Assembly (NCBI GenBank): GCA_013239625.1
Contig: MU056000.1
Span: forward strand, 12,475,175 to 12,539,174
Length of the DNA: 64,000 nt
Origin: Lama guanicoe
Lineage: Eukaryota
Direction of reading: 5' to 3'
In this document: one piece after another, positions 37,174 through 51,530 of the stretch
Position numbering within the stretch: the stretch's first letter is position 1
Layout: each line of letters starts with the position of its first letter
The notes under the pieces: generated by a model
What the model saw: the letters and a program-made list of their open reading frames with translations, nothing else
Databases searched by the model: none
What the model was told of the DNA's origin: nothing
Program-made: the position numbers and the translations under genes

Positions 37174-39616
37174 AAATTACTGGAAGTAAAGTTACAGTTC
37201 TTCTCGGTGTTAGGTGGGCCTCCTTCCTTCGCCTTGGCCAGCAGCAGGTCTTTGTCGAGTGGGTGCACCGAGCGAGCCCTTTGTGGCTCCAAAGCCCATG
37301 ATGATCTATCTAGTCTGTTAACCGTTAATAAGCAGCAAAAATATCTCAGCTGCTGCAGGTTTTTTCCCTGTGCTTTATTTTAATTCCGTTTTGAGCGTTT
37401 GAAATTAGTTGCGGTCATAAGACATATTAGTTTCCTGGGTCTGTGGAAGAAAGGGATGGTTCAGAAGTGATCTCAGCAGTTTGCATTTCCTGGCTGGTTG
37501 TGGTTCACTTACTAGCTTTATTGACTAAAGAAGCAGGTGATTTATAACATAAAGTCAGATGTTAGAATGCTGCAACCAGGGCTTTTGAAAGGACCACCCG
37601 TTAAGTGCAAATAAATAACAATGTGAATGGACAGTAGACTCTAAAAGCATATTAGACTATTGATGAGAATGAATAATGAATGTTTTCTGATAGTGTTTGC
37701 TGCATGTGGCAGGATATTTTTAAAGGGGGAGAAAAAACACTTCTGCATAAAGTCTGCATTTAGTTAACCTTTATCTCCAAAGGAGAGCTTAACTGTCACC
37801 TGCCATATTTATAGCGGCATCATCAGTTCAGAGTTTTATGCTCAAAACTTGTAGAATCGATTAGGAGGTAGCTTTTGAAATGCATAGTAGCTTAGAAGAA
37901 AATTGTCTTTTCACTATGATTACAGTGATTTCTGTGTTCTCATCTTTAATTATGTGATGGATCCCAGTGCCTTAGAGTCTGCCATCATGGGTGATCCCTA
38001 GAACTTGGCCATGTCTCATTTAATGGAATGGAAATTTCACTTCTAATTTAGCAGACTTATTTCTATCACTAAGTGAAAGCTGAGTTTACATAACTCAATG
38101 GTGATGATTGTGTAGACTCTTTGATCTCCTGAGTTTATAACTTGAAAATTGCATGTTTCAGTGGAGAGTGAGTCTGTAATATTGACCAAGTAACCATCAT
38201 GCATTGCCAACCTTAAAACATCACCTTTGTTCTGGGGTCATCGTATATCCGTTGAATAAATTGAAGTTAGACTTTAGGTCGATGTTGAAGTGAGCCCAGA
38301 TCTGTTTTACTGTTAAAACTTCGAACATCGAATATAAAAGAGTTAAGCAATGATGATACAGATAAATGGTCAAAATGGAGACTTATCTAAAGACCAAGAC
38401 TTGATTGCATAATAAGGAAAGAATAAGGGTAGAAAAGACTTCTAAAGAGTTAAGGTCCTTTTATATTTACATTGTGAATGCAGGTCTAGATATCGATGCA
38501 TTTCTTACCTAAGAAACTCTTAAACCCTTTTGTAATGCAATGAGCCACTCTGCTCTCCTTTGCACATCAAATTGTTTCACCATCAGACCTCTCCTGGTTT
38601 AGTGGTCACTATGTTAATTCTTTAGCACTTTAAAGCATTTTAGTTGATGAAATGTCTGTCTCTTCCTTCCAGTACTTGAGAAATCCTAACTGTTATGTGA
38701 AGGAACTGAGAAGATAAATGACTGGACATATGAAGACCTAAAGACTAATGACTTAAAGACACAATCACATATTTACTAGAGAGAGAACTTACTGAGTCTT
38801 TGGTCTGGAAGAATTCAGATTTAACTGCATGCACCTGAACGAGAGTGATGTCAGTGCCCGGTCTGGGAAGACCCCTGGGTCTGGAATTTCACTCACTCTT
38901 CTCTCTCACTCCTCAGTCTGTATCGTAACCCTTACCGAACTGAGCTTAACCGTGGCTGACCCTCCTGAGTCTTCCAGAACCTTGCCCTATCAATTGTTTC
39001 TCCTTTATGTTTCTACTTTCTTTCTTGTCTCCTCCCATCTTCCTGTATATACTTTCAGTTCTTCCAAATCCTTATAAACAAATCAACAAAACTCCATTTT
39101 GACAAAATTGCAAATTCTTGCCTTGACTCTTGCTGTTACTTCACTGACTCTCTTTTATGTGGGCCTTTGTGGATATCTTTGCTGGCTGAGTTCTCTGAGC
39201 CCTTCCAGAGAGGCATATGTCTTCGCTCTTCTACCTGAGTCACTCCAGGGTCAGCTGTTAACAACTCATCGCAAGATCAAATCGTACAACCTCTGTTCTT
39301 ATCTTTCTTAGTCTTTTTGCAGCTGAATATCACTCCTCCAGGCTGCTTCCTAAAATTCTCTCTTCTTTTGATTTCTGAGGCATATTTTTCCCCCTTTCTG
39401 GTTTTCTGCCTTCTGCCACCTAAATACAAACATTCTATTAGGCAACCTTGATAGGTGTATCCATCATCCGTCCCTCCAGGTGGATGGATCCTGACCCTTC
39501 TCCTAAAGGGGACTAGGGGTTTCTTAACACTCTTGACTGGATTCTTCCTGTTGGTTTGCTCTAACATACTCTCCACTTCTCCATCCTCATCGAAAGACAG
39601 CCTAGTCATCTTTCAA

Positions 39617-39865
39617 GGCAGTTTATCGTGATGGTTAAGAGTGCTCACTCCAGTGCCAGAGTGCATGGGTTCACACCACATCTCCAGACCACTAGTTGTA
39701 TGATCTTGGGTAAGTTATTTGGCTCCTTTGTTTCCTAATGGTAAAGTGGAGACAGTAATAATAATTCCTTCCTTGTAGGATTGATGAGACAGTTGATGGT
39801 TTAATATTTGTCAAGATTAAATAGTAAGACAGTCTTAGAGTAAGTACTGTAGGTATAAGTACTTT
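39617..39865 (+). mobile_element. MIR SINE, near full length
   Basis: GGCAGT..ATCGTGATGGTTAAGAG head; TGATCTTGGGTAAGTTATTT...GTTTCCT..TGGTAAAGTGGAGA core. Confidence 0.82.
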
Positions 39866-40180
39866 TAATATTTCTACCATCTCAAACTGCAGCTTCCGTA
39901 TAAAACTTTTCTGACTCTTGACTCCAACTAAAGGTCATCTCTTCTGGGAAAACTTATTTTTTGCTCTGTTATGACGCCTAACTTCCTCTCATTTTACTTG
40001 TCTCCGTTTGTCTTAACCCTAGTGCTGGACTAGAGTAGGCTCTCTTTCCCCTCTTATATTCCCTGCCATGTCTTACTTGACTTCAAAAAAATTTCTTTTC
40101 CTACCAAAGATCAGGTGTATTTTTCTGTAGAATAATTTCTGAAGATTTGAAGTTCTGGAGGCTACTCTGAATGTTGGATT

Positions 40181-40526
40181 AAAAAAAATTTTTTTTATTT
40201 GCACTCTTTTTAATTGAAATATAGTCAGTTTACAATTTTGTGTCAATTTCTGGTGTACAGCATAAAGTGTCAGTCACACATATACATACATATATTCATT
40301 TTCATATTCTTTTTCATCATAGGCTACCCCAAGATTTTGAATATAGTTCCCCCTGCTATACAGTAGAAACTTGTTTATTTTATATATAGTAGTTAGTATC
40401 TGCAAATCTCGAACATCCAATTTGTCCCTTCTCAATACTTTTACCCCCCTGGTAACCATAAATTTGTTCCCTATGTCTGTGAGTCTGTTTCTGTTTTGTA
40501 AATCAGTTCATCTGTGTCTTTTTTGC
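40181..40526 (-). mobile_element. LINE-1 3' UTR fragment
   Basis: Clear similarity to 47781-48413; TSD ATGTTGGATT at 40171 and 40527. Confidence 0.9.
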
Positions 40527-43500
40527 ATGTTGGATTTTTGATGAGTGATCCGCAGAGATACTTTGAGGGTGCTCTGCAGGGCTAGCCCGAACTTCATGAA
40601 GAAAAATAGTGGAAGCTTCACTTGTGGTTAATTTCCTTTTCTATTGGAGGACTTTCTGACTTTGTAGATGTAACTCATCTTAACCACCTCTTTGGGAAAA
40701 TTGGGTTGCAACAGTGAGTGTATGTGCATCTGTGTGCTTTCCAAATATTTCTTGCACATTGTACAGTACATTTTTTACAATGTTGAACATTTTTTATTGT
40801 GACAAGTAAGTAGGTTATCTTGCAAATGTTTTCTCTAAAATTTTACTCGTGATATTTAATAGGTTTGCCTTAGAAATTTAGACATGAGTTGACAACTCTT
40901 ACTATACTTCCCCATCCCCAGAGGACATTCCCAGACCCTAAATGTTGGAGATTTTACAGTTGCTAAATAGAAGCTTTCACCAAATCAGATACTGACAACA
41001 ATAATTCAAGAATGGAAATTATCACCAGGCATTGACAAAACCTGAGAGCAAATCATTATGACAAAGCATATCCTAGTAGGAATACCAGAAATACACACAG
41101 GCTGCATTATCTTTATTTCATTTTCCTCTTTTAGAGCAAAAGTTTTGGCATTTGAAAGAAGAGAGCCAGCCATTTGTTGAAAACAGAAATTGTTGCACAT
41201 AACCAACCATATGTTTTAGATTTTTTCCCCCTCTATTATTGAAAATGTATTTTGAATTTGTTGTGTTTCTCCATACTTTGTAAAATCTTTCCTTAAGGTT
41301 AAAAAGATTTTTCCCCCCTTTTTCTTATCCCAACATTTGCTTCAGCTTGGTTTAACCAACAACTTGGAGTCTTTTGAGCCTGAGTCATTATAAATCCAAC
41401 ATGTGTGGTGATGTTTGTCTGCAGACGCAACTTATGAGTCAGTTCTAACTTTGTATGTTACCTTAAAAAAAATCAATACTGGATTTTCTTGTATATAAAC
41501 CTGTTGAACCTTGGCAGCCCTGAATTTGCAGAATGACACAGTTAATGTGCTATGGCCACAGATTTAACTTTGTCAAGAAACATTGATTCATTCTCATGAT
41601 GTGATCAAAACAAGAAATAATCTCCTTTTGATTCTGTTTCCGTCTTATAATCAGAAGATAATGTATCAGCTTCGCAGATGGAAACAGAATGAAAAAGAGA
41701 CTCTTTCTTGTCTTGATCTCACAGTGAAGCAGCAATCAAACCAGAAATAGTACTCCAGTCTCTGGCACATACTGTTGCATATTCATGTTGGGTTTTGCTA
41801 TAGGCTTGGAGTCATCTTTTTCATCGTATTCTGTTTGATATCATCCTTAAGAACTTTATTCTTCTGGTTCTAGATGAAATGGTTAATTAATCCAAATTTG
41901 TGTGGCACTAGATGGGACCTTTGTATGAATTCAAACTGTCCTATATAGAAAGTACCTAGATATTAGCGCAGAGGTAGGAGATATAAGTAAGAATAGCACG
42001 TGAAGTCATAATATAGTAACTTTCAGATCATATGGAGAAATTCTCTATCGTTTCCTTGTTTTGTTTTATACACCAGTAAATGTATGCCAGTGATTTTCAT
42101 TGTCACAGCATTATGTTGCTGTTCATTGACAGAGTAACAAAAATGTAGAAATATGCTAATGAGAAATGGAATTGGGAGATGCCTTGAAATACGTACTATT
42201 GCGGGAAGAATACAGTGCTTGTAATGCCCGTGGTGTTTGGATAGTTAATGCCTGGAAACTGTCACGATACAAGATTGCATTTTCTGAAGAGGGTCAGTGC
42301 TCTAACCGGGGCTTGCCTTTTTCATCTGAAGGTGTGGGCAACACTAACGGCTATCACCAGCGAAGTGCTACCTAAATGAAGCTTCTTCCATCACAAATGG
42401 TGATCATTTGCATGTCAAAACATGGAAAATTCAGTAGATGGGCTGAGAAAAACCTTAACCTTTACCAATAATCTTGCTCACCAGCAGGATGCAGGATGGT
42501 TCCTGAAGCTCTTTGGATGACCCAGCTCTCTAGCAGAACTTTTCTCGGATGCCTGATGGCATGCTGTTACTCAGATCTGCCTCAAAGGACTGAAATTTTA
42601 AAGTTGGTGGTGACAATTATTGTTTCACCTACTCAAAACTCCTTGTGATCCAGTATTTCTTCCTTTCTCCCTCACCTACACCCAACCAGACTATTCAGTA
42701 AAGGCTAAATAGTCTTTCAAGGACTAAAGAAAGGAAGCAGTAAGTGATAGCTCCTAGACCCCTCACGTTTTATTGGAAAGCCATGTAAGAACGACTTCTA
42801 ATAACGGCTAAAATAGCGATTAGATTCCACCCTGGTGGGTAGAGTTATGTCAGCGTTGGCAATTGTCTTGACCAAAACCAAAGGGACATACAGGCAGAGG
42901 GGCCGAGCTGTGTGTTTTCACTTGGTAGCCAGAGGCTTTGAGAACCTCAGTCGCTGGAAGGGCAGAACTGTCTTCTATAGAGACAACTGAAGACCAAGTC
43001 AGCTTAAAGTCTCCACTCACCACAGTCTGCCAGTTGGCTCCTTTCTTAGCACCGAGGACAGGGAAGCTATCCCAATGGGCTTCCCGATTCATGATAACTT
43101 TGCTTTACCTTTAGTGCGAAATGAAGTCAGGGTTTAAACCCTCTTCTGCTAGATACTTCTTGCCTGTGAAGGTGCCCTACTGGAAAGCGTATGGGATAAA
43201 ATGTTTGGCTTCAGTTTCTCTAAGATAAAAATTCAGAAAAAGATTGGATCCAGTGGAGGAGAAGATATTCGGAAGCAGTAATAGGGAGAATTTTTCTCTT
43301 TTTTCTGACTCTCTCCCTCTCTCTTTTATGTCTGGGTGATGAATCTTTGCTCTTACTGTTTTCAGAGCCACCATGACCTCATGCTGATAGTCCCAAAGCA
43401 AAGCTGTTGGTATTAAAAACCTGTAACTGGCTGGGAACTCTTTTCCCAACTTATGATAAACTCCAAACAAAAATCTTCTAACATGTTGCATTTTGATAGC

Positions 43501-44849
43501 GCAGTGAAAATGGTGCTATGTCCTAGTTTTGTTCTGTGTCTCTTTCCATTACATTGGGTATAGAAATGAATTACCCCTTGATTTTGAAAATACGTGATTC
43601 ATAAGAACATTCTTAGACACAACTGTTTAATTAAGAGAATCCACAAAAACATATGGACCTTTATAAACAAGTGAATTATTTTTTTTCCCCCTTAGACGAA
43701 CCATTCCATATTTCTGGGCTCAATTCAAAACCAAACAAACAAAAAATGGTTCCTCCCAAAGCAAGTGGTATAATCAGTTGGTGGTACTAGTGCTTGCTTA
43801 CTGTTCACCTCTTCAGACTTGTTGAAGGAAGGAAAAGAGAATGAGTCCATGGCTAAAACCTTCAAGTTTGGCAAAAATGTAGACCATTTTTGTATTGGAC
43901 AATCATTGTAACATTGGTACATTATTAACCATGGTAACATTTATCAAGATTTATTAATCATGGTAACATTTATTCTGACTCAGGAATTTAATCCACTTTC
44001 TTCATAAAATTCAAGATAGTTTATCATATTTTTTGCATAAGCAGATTAATCTAGATATAAATGAAACTGCCCCATATATTTTAAACTTCCTTTGAGACCT
44101 TTGGGTGAGGGAGGAGTCCATAGTCAGGAATTTGAGAATTTGAGAATTTTAAGATTTATTGAGGAAGGAGTCTAGCCACTACTAAGATAATTTTTCTCAC
44201 CAGTAGCAAGTGGGTGAAAGCTGGTTTCTGACAGACAAAATATACTTTGTCGGGAGGCCACACATGGCTAAGTGCTTGGTGTTAATGTCCTATGAAACAG
44301 CACAGTCTTGCCTTAGAAAGGCGAGTCTTCCATTTGCACCGAATATGTGTTCCTAAAGGGTTTGCAAACACTGTTCCCAATGTCAACTAGTTCTGGATGA
44401 GGTGGTAGATGGTGTGGCAAGAAAATCATTCCTCTGTTGTGCCAGTTTATGTTTTATAAGTGGTTTTTATCTATAGGAAACAGACTAATTAGTTTTAGAT
44501 TACTAAATATTGAATTTATATATTTAAATGGTTCTCACGTGATGCAGGGTGGGAAAAGGTAAATCTTGGGGGTTAAGTTTCAGCATGAATTTTAAAGAGA
44601 CACACTCAGACCATAGCATTGATCATAGGACATTTTTCTCACATACCCCTTTTGTTTAGTGCCAAGAAGGACCCATAAAATATATCTATCCATCTATATA
44701 TGTATGTGTGTATATATATATACACACACATGTATGTGTATGTAATTTTTTTTTCAGGAGGGGAATAAACTTCAAGTATCTTTTACTGAAAGGGAAATTT
44801 GAGACCCAGAGCAGGAGGTGACTTGCTCAGAATTTTATAACAAATTATT

Positions 44850-44984
44850 GGGGTGGGAGGGTATAGCTCAGTGGTAGAGTATGTGTTTAGCATGCACAAG
44901 GTCGTGGGTTCAATCGCTGGTACTTCTGTTAAAAAATAAATAAATAAAAATAAATATACCTAATCCCCATTTTTTTATTAAAAA
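44850..44984 (+). mobile_element. tRNA-derived SINE (camelid-type) inserted in a MIR relic
   Basis: GGGTATAGCTCAGTGGTAGAG...GGGTTCAATC; TSD AAATTATT at 44842 and 44985. Confidence 0.9.
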
Positions 44985-46302
44985 AAATTATTAACAGCTG
45001 GGACCAGCATGCAGTGTGTTTGCTATTTTTAGCAAACGTCATACTAAGTGAGTGCTGGGTGGCTTGTTTTTGACATGAGCCTTAAAGAAAAGATTGATAA
45101 TTTAATTTTTTCCTAAATGACATTTTGCCCTTTGCTTGTCTACCTTTATTTTCTCAAAATTTCAATTCAGTAGGCTATGCTGGTTAGATTGGTTTATATT
45201 AAGGTCAGGAAAAACAGATAAGAGCCTATTAGGAAAGTTCTGGATGAGTCGATCATCTTAGAATTTGAAGAATTGTGGTTGTTTAATGAAATCCCATGAT
45301 AATTCAGTTTATGCAGAAGTGGTTCTGCCCAGTGTGTCCTGGGATCGTGTGTACAGAATAAACACATCTTAAATGATTTGAATGGCTAAAGAACACCTTC
45401 TGGCGTCACTGGCAGGCTTCCTGCAGCCATAGGAACAAAGAATTGAAACAGCTAGACTATCTTTGTTACAAAAAAGCATTTCAAATTATTTCTTGTCCTT
45501 AATCCCCCAAAGAATTTTTTTTCAGGTTTTCTATAGTGGCATTATATAGGATCAAATTTTTCTTTTTCCTTTATAGATATATATTAGTAGTCAACTTGGT
45601 GGTTGAACATTAGCTTGTAAACAGAATTTCCTTTTACAAGAAAAGAAATCTGTGTTAGCTCCAAGACTCAACAAAATCCTCCAAATACTTGCTTTGGGGA
45701 AGGAATTAAAACCTAGTATTTAGGCCATATATTACTTTATTTCATGTACTTATTTCTGAAGACAAAAGAATCCTCACCTTACTTAGCCTACCCAGCTAGG
45801 AAGTTCCTCTGTTACGTGCCTTGAAGACATTAGAGAAACACACCATTAGAGGTTTTGTGAAAGTTCTTAAATATAGACCGTCATTAGCAAAAGTCATCCG
45901 CTGCCAATAAACAAAAAGAAGTGTCAGAAATGAATGTGTCACATAAGCTAACAACGATGCTATGCAGTCGGTCTCAAGAGGTGGTGGGTGGATCAGTCAC
46001 CTGGATGCCGCCTCCTTCTGAGTCCCTGATGGATGTGCCAGCAAATGGCTGGCTGGACCACCACCACTGACCCGCTAACTTTCACAGCTTCTCTCCTGTT
46101 TTCCCACATCCCATCCGTGGTGGCTCTGATCACCTACCAGTGCTAGATTGTCACTTTCCTCTCTTCACTCAAAAGCAGAACTTTAAGTCTTCTGGACTAT
46201 TTGTTTATAGCCAAGTGGGATTAGTTAACTAGAGCGAGGCTCGGTTTTTGTAAGATGGGGAAATGAGTCACAAGACAGCTGTGGGAGGTTTAAAACTCTG
46301 TT

Positions 46303-46475
46303 GGGGGGAGGGTATAGCTCAGTGGGTAGAGTGCATGCCTAGCATGCATGAGGCCCTGGGTTCAATCCCCAGTACCCCCATTAAAAAAATAAATAAGTAA
46401 ATAAACCTAATTACTTCTCCCTCCAAGAAAACCAACCAAACCAAAAAGAAAAAAGGAAAAAAAAAACCCCAAAAC
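46303..46475 (+). mobile_element. tRNA-derived SINE (camelid-type)
   Basis: GGGGAGGGTATAGCTCAGTGG...GGGTTCAATCCCCAGTACC; TSD AAAACTCTGTT (46292) / AAAACACTGTT (46476). Confidence 0.92.
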
Positions 46476-47066
46476 AAAACACTGTTTGTTAGTACCTTAA
46501 AAATATGAAATGCTTTGGTACTTTATAATAAAGAAAATTTTGATCTGTGGAAAAAAAAAAATAGGGGGTGGCATTTGACTGCTACCTTTCCTCCTAAACG
46601 TCTTATGTTTAGCTTCTTAACAAAGGTAAGGTGTAGCTCAAAGTGTTTTGCCTTTCACATGTATATGTCAGTAAGAGAGTTTTCACCGAAGAATTTGGAT
46701 CCTCTTTTCATCCTGATGACTGAAGAGGAGATTTTTTTTCCTCTCGTTTCCTTGAACCAGGTGATGAAGAGGTAGTGAAACGATGAAATGATATTTCTTT
46801 TATGATCACTCTAGCATCACCTCAGATTGGGAGGAAGGAGGTTTGATGACTAATCTATAAGTTTTACTTCTATCTGGAAAATGATTTCTTGGTATAATAG
46901 ACTGTTTATATCTTATAACTTAATTTTAATATAAGCAGTATGGTGATGATGTGGCAACAGCAGATAACCGTACAAACTTCTTTTCCACACGTACCCAGTC
47001 TGCAGGAACATGCATGGAACACACCCCCTGAAAATCTCCTTGATGACACTTGAAAATATTTTTAAA

Positions 47067-47234
47067 TTTAAATTTCTTAAATTTTTTATTTTGGGGGGAG
47101 GTAATTAGGTTTATTTATTTATTTGTTTGTTTCTATTATTACTATTTTTTCAGTGAAGGTACTGGGGAATTGAACCTGGGACCTCATGCATTCTAAGCAT
47201 GTGCTCTACCACTTGAGCTATATATACCCTCCCC
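47067..47234 (-). mobile_element. tRNA-derived SINE (camelid-type) with perfect 18-bp TSD
   Basis: Antisense head and tail; CTTGAAAATATTTTTAAA at 47049-47066 and 47235-47252. Confidence 0.92.
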
Positions 47235-47384
47235 CTTGAAAATATTTTTAAAATATCTGAATTCCAGGGCTTCTAATTCCTGATTCTAGAACTTGTGTGT
47301 GGAACCTTTGTTCTCCTGGCCTCTTGGGGTTTGCAAGCACAGAACTATCTAAGAATTGCAAAATTAAATGGTGGGGAAAGGAAC

Positions 47385-47550
47385 CAACATTTATTGCAGG
47401 CCCATGAAATGCAAGACGTTGTACTGATGCCTCATGTTAAATTTTCCTAAGATTGACATTTCTTATCGGACAGGAAATGAAAGGACAATGAAGTTAAGTA
47501 ACTTGCCCAAGGGTTCAGGGCAGGTGAGCCGTGGAGATGGAACTCAGAAC
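47385..47550 (-). mobile_element. MIR SINE fragment
   Basis: AACATTTATTG...GAAGTTAAGTAACTTGCCCAAGG. Confidence 0.7.
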
Positions 47551-47780
47551 AACATCTCACCAGTCTTCCATGATGCAGTGTGCGGCATCTCTGTGAAATA
47601 ATTCCTGTTCAACATTTTCCAGGTTAAACTCAGTGAAGCTCCTCTTTCTCTGTTGCTATTGGTCATTAGTTGTTTCCTATGCCAACTTGAATCCATCAGT
47701 CTATAGTGTTGGCCCTTGTAACATAGAATTCTCTTGTAATTTGAAAGGACAACTCCTGACTTTGCTTTCCTTTGAGATGT

Positions 47781-48413
47781 GTGTGTGTGTGTGTGTGTTT
47801 ATATATATTTTTATTGAAGTATAGTCAGTTTACAATGTTGTGTCAATTTCTAGTGTACAGCACAATGCTTCAGTCATATAGGAATATATGTGTATTTGTT
47901 TTCATATTCTTTTTCACCATAAGTTATTACAAGATATTGGATATAGTTCCCTGTGCTATACAGTAGAAACTTATGTATCTACTTTATATATATATATTAG
48001 TTAGTGTCTGCAAATCTCAAACTCCCAATTTATCCCTTCCCACCCTCTTCCCCACTGCTAACAGTAAGTTTGTTTTCTATGTCTGTAAGTCTGTTTCTGT
48101 TTTGTAAATAAATTTGTTTGTCCTTTTTTTTTAAGATTCCACATATAAGTGATATCATATGGTATTTTTCTTTCTGACTCATCTCATTTAGAATGACAGT
48201 CTCCAGATCCATCCATGTTGCTGCAAATGGCATTATTTTATTCTTTTTTATGGCTGAGTAGTATTCCATTGTATAAATATACTACAGCTTCTTTATCCAG
48301 TCACCAGTGGACATTTAGGTTGTTTGCATATCTTGGCTATTGTATACAGTGCTGCTAGGAACATTAGGGTGCAAGTGTCTTTTTTGAATAAAGGTTCCCT
48401 CTGTATATCCCAC
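47781..48413 (-). mobile_element. 5'-truncated LINE-1 (ORF2 C-terminus plus 3' UTR)
   Basis: Minus-strand ORF MEYYSAIKKNKIMPFAATWMDLE is the L1 ORF2 C-terminal motif; perfect 13-bp TSD TCCTTTGAGATGT at 47768 and 48414; tail occupied by (TG)n. Confidence 0.93.
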
Positions 48414-51400
48414 TCCTTTGAGATGTTTTAACTAATAAATCAACTTTAGTGTTTGATTATCATATCAACACATAGAGCTTAGTTCCGTGCATCAGCCTGA
48501 GTCTGAGTTTTCTTGCTGTGCCACTCAATGGCTGGTGAATGTCCCAAATGTGGAGAAATGAAGAGGTAGTCTTGGCCCTTTCATTGTAGCTTCTTCGATT
48601 TGGGTTTAAGTACCTTCCAGCATGGATGACTAGTTGCTGTATGTGTGTGTTTGTTTAACTGCTTTATTATTTTTTTTTAACTTAGAAGTTTCAACTTCTG
48701 ACTTTCTACACCAACTGATTTCTTTCAAAATTAAAAGTAATACAAATAAGTGGTATAATTAAACTAATAAATATTAGTTTATAAATATTAATATAATTAA
48801 ATAAATAATAAATAAATAAATAAATAAATACGCCCAGCACTCTCCTTATTTCTTAAGGATCTTGATACAAAGCTCTTCTGGCAAATGGGCTGATGAAACG
48901 TTTAGGGGCGGAGGGTACCTGAAATTCTGAATTTCATCCTTATCTTGTCCACATCTTGAGTTTTGAGTCACCCCAGATCTGCACCAACCGTGTGACCCAG
49001 AGTGAGTACCATTCTTGAGAGGAGAGCTCTGCCTATTTGCTGGCTTCTTGGTGGAATTCCCTTTGACCCCCCTGGCTGGGGCCTTCCTGCCTTACCTAGT
49101 TTTGTCAGATGGACTTGGCCTTTTGCCTGTGGTACTGGCCCAGCTAGTTAGAATTTCCATATGGGCAAAAAGGAGGATGCTCATGACATACTTACTACCT
49201 CATGGTACTGTTGAGAAGATTAAATAAAATGGCTTAGTAACGTGTTTGGGATTAGGGTTGTGCTGGACCCCAGGAAACAGTTAATAGATTTTAAGTTGTA
49301 ATTTTAATTTACCCCCTAGTTGTAAGGCAAGGTTTTCACTCAGAATGTCTTGGGAAATAACCGGATTACCAAAGTTCTGCTGGATTCTTTAAGCTTCCCT
49401 CTGATATCTCACTATATCTAACAGAAGAAAATTAGCAAAAAGTAGCTGTGTTTATTAACTTTGTGTTCAAAAAACAAACAGGAATGGAGAGACACTTTTT
49501 TAGAATTTGATTCTGTAGATTTATTTCCTACCCAGAGACGAATCGCAACTGGACTTAAAACAAAGATAGGAAGTGGCCCTAACTGTGTTTCAGAAAACCA
49601 ATTTTAGTAATGTAGATTTTAGGTTTGTAAACCAACATGACTTTAAGCCTCTGGGGATAGCTGTATAGAATTTCATGCTGTGTGGGGTCAGAAAGGGGCA
49701 CTCGTGTTAAGTTCATATGCACACTACATTTATAGTTTGTCTTCTCTTTTGTAGTTTCTAAGTTGGTATATGGGTTTCTATTATAGAATTGGGAGAAGAT
49801 CCTAAAGGCAGACCTGTCAGAGCTCTAACTTGATGCACCAAAATATCTTCAACTATCAGAGCTGTTACTTTGACATGCACCATTCGTGCATGCTGGGTAA
49901 TTCAGAATTCAGTGAAAGAGTTGTAAACTATCATTTAAACTTCTGCTCCAGTGTATTCATATTTTTACTTATTGCTTTGTGACTGCTTATGGGATAAAAG
50001 TACATTTAATTGTATTTTTACCATTTATGTTTGTTCCCACTTCTGAGAGAGAATAACCAAAAATTAAGTCACACAGCTCACTGGACATCCAAAGTGGGTT
50101 ATGACCAAAAGCCACTCCCTTTTTTAAAAGATACATGTAAGAGAAATTCTTTCTTTGGTAATATAATAAAGGCTTTCCTTGAGAATTAGAACTGTATTTT
50201 AGTCACCTTTTGATGTATTGCTTTTATTCTTCCCCAACAATTCAAGTTACTGCAGATGGGAAATTCACATGCAGAGTGGTGAGACAGATTTTGACTGACG
50301 AATAGCACTTTGCTAACCAACACCTGGCTTTTAAATGAGATAAATGTAGGTTATTCACTGTCATGAATCGTGATTCCAAGGAATGGAATGAATAAGCAGC
50401 AAATTTTCTGTTTTAAATGGATTATACCTAAGAAAAAAAAATACTGGTTAAAAAATACATTATAATTTTGCCTGGAGGCAGCCCTGACCTGAAATGGAAC
50501 CAGGAGGTCTCATATGTACACCTGTACACTTGGGGCACAGGGCAAGGCGCTCTCTTTCCTTCCGCTGGACTTCTTATTTGTGGAGACTGAAGAGGATACT
50601 GGCATGTGATTTCTGTCATATGCTTCATCAAGGAAAGGCAACCGATTTTCCTCTTAAGAGCAACATTTCAATAGTTTCTCACTGATACCTGATGCCATAA
50701 AAATGCACTTGAAGAAAAAGAAATGCAGTGCTTGTTTAGCTCCGGCAACAGTTCTGTGCTGAATTTGTTATTTATAAATTTATAATTGATTGATTTGGAT
50801 TAATGCTTCGGTGCCAGGGGAGAGCAATTCAAGATTCAAATACATTCACGGGTTTTTATACCAGACTTATTGTCAGCCTCTAGGAAGTTGGAGACTTTGA
50901 GTGAAAAAGGCTGTTAATGACCATTGAAGTTGTGTATCTCGTTTCAGTTCTCATCAGGAAAGTGATAATGAAAGATGTTTTTAATTACCATGGAGCTATT
51001 TTTTAAAATCCCAAAATACCTTGAAAGCAATGAACAGAAGTTGGACATAACTAACAAACTAAATGTAATTGGCAACACCGTGCTTTTCATTTCTTGGGTG
51101 ATAGTTTCCTTTAACTGGTCCTACTTAACAATGAGATAGACCAAATCCTCTTTGCTTTTGGTCTTTGGAGGCATGTGTGCATATATGAACATATTTGAAT
51201 AATGGAGTTTGAAGTGTGAGGTTGTTTTCTTCAAATTTGTGATTTGTGTGATTTTCCAGCTGGGCCATTTCTCTGGAAAGTATTTTAAAATTATGAAGTC
51301 TTTTACTCACTACAATATAGACTTAAAATGGCTGTGCCTGTCATCTTGTGCACAAGTGCTCAACATTTGGGGCTTGAGTTGGACATTGGAAAGCAGAAAA

Positions 51401-51530
51401 AACAAATACTGCTCTGATGTTTGTGAGTGACAAGCTTACTCTTTTTAATTACTGATTCTTTGGTCTCAGCTTAATAGGTCCTCTGCTGGCTGCGATTAGA
51501 CCTTTTATAACTGAGTGACTTTATGATACA

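Noticed and set aside
44850..46380. tRNA-like sequences with A and B boxes
   Set aside because: They are SINE heads with A-rich tails and TSDs, present in multiple diverged copies, not tRNA genes.
48030..48269. ORF MEYYSAIKKNK...
   Set aside because: L1 ORF2 C-terminal remnant within a truncated element.
48760..48781. AT-rich hairpin TAAACTAATA-AA-TATTAGTTTA
   Set aside because: Low-complexity AT DNA beside a (TAAA)n run; too short and weak for a pre-miRNA or MITE.
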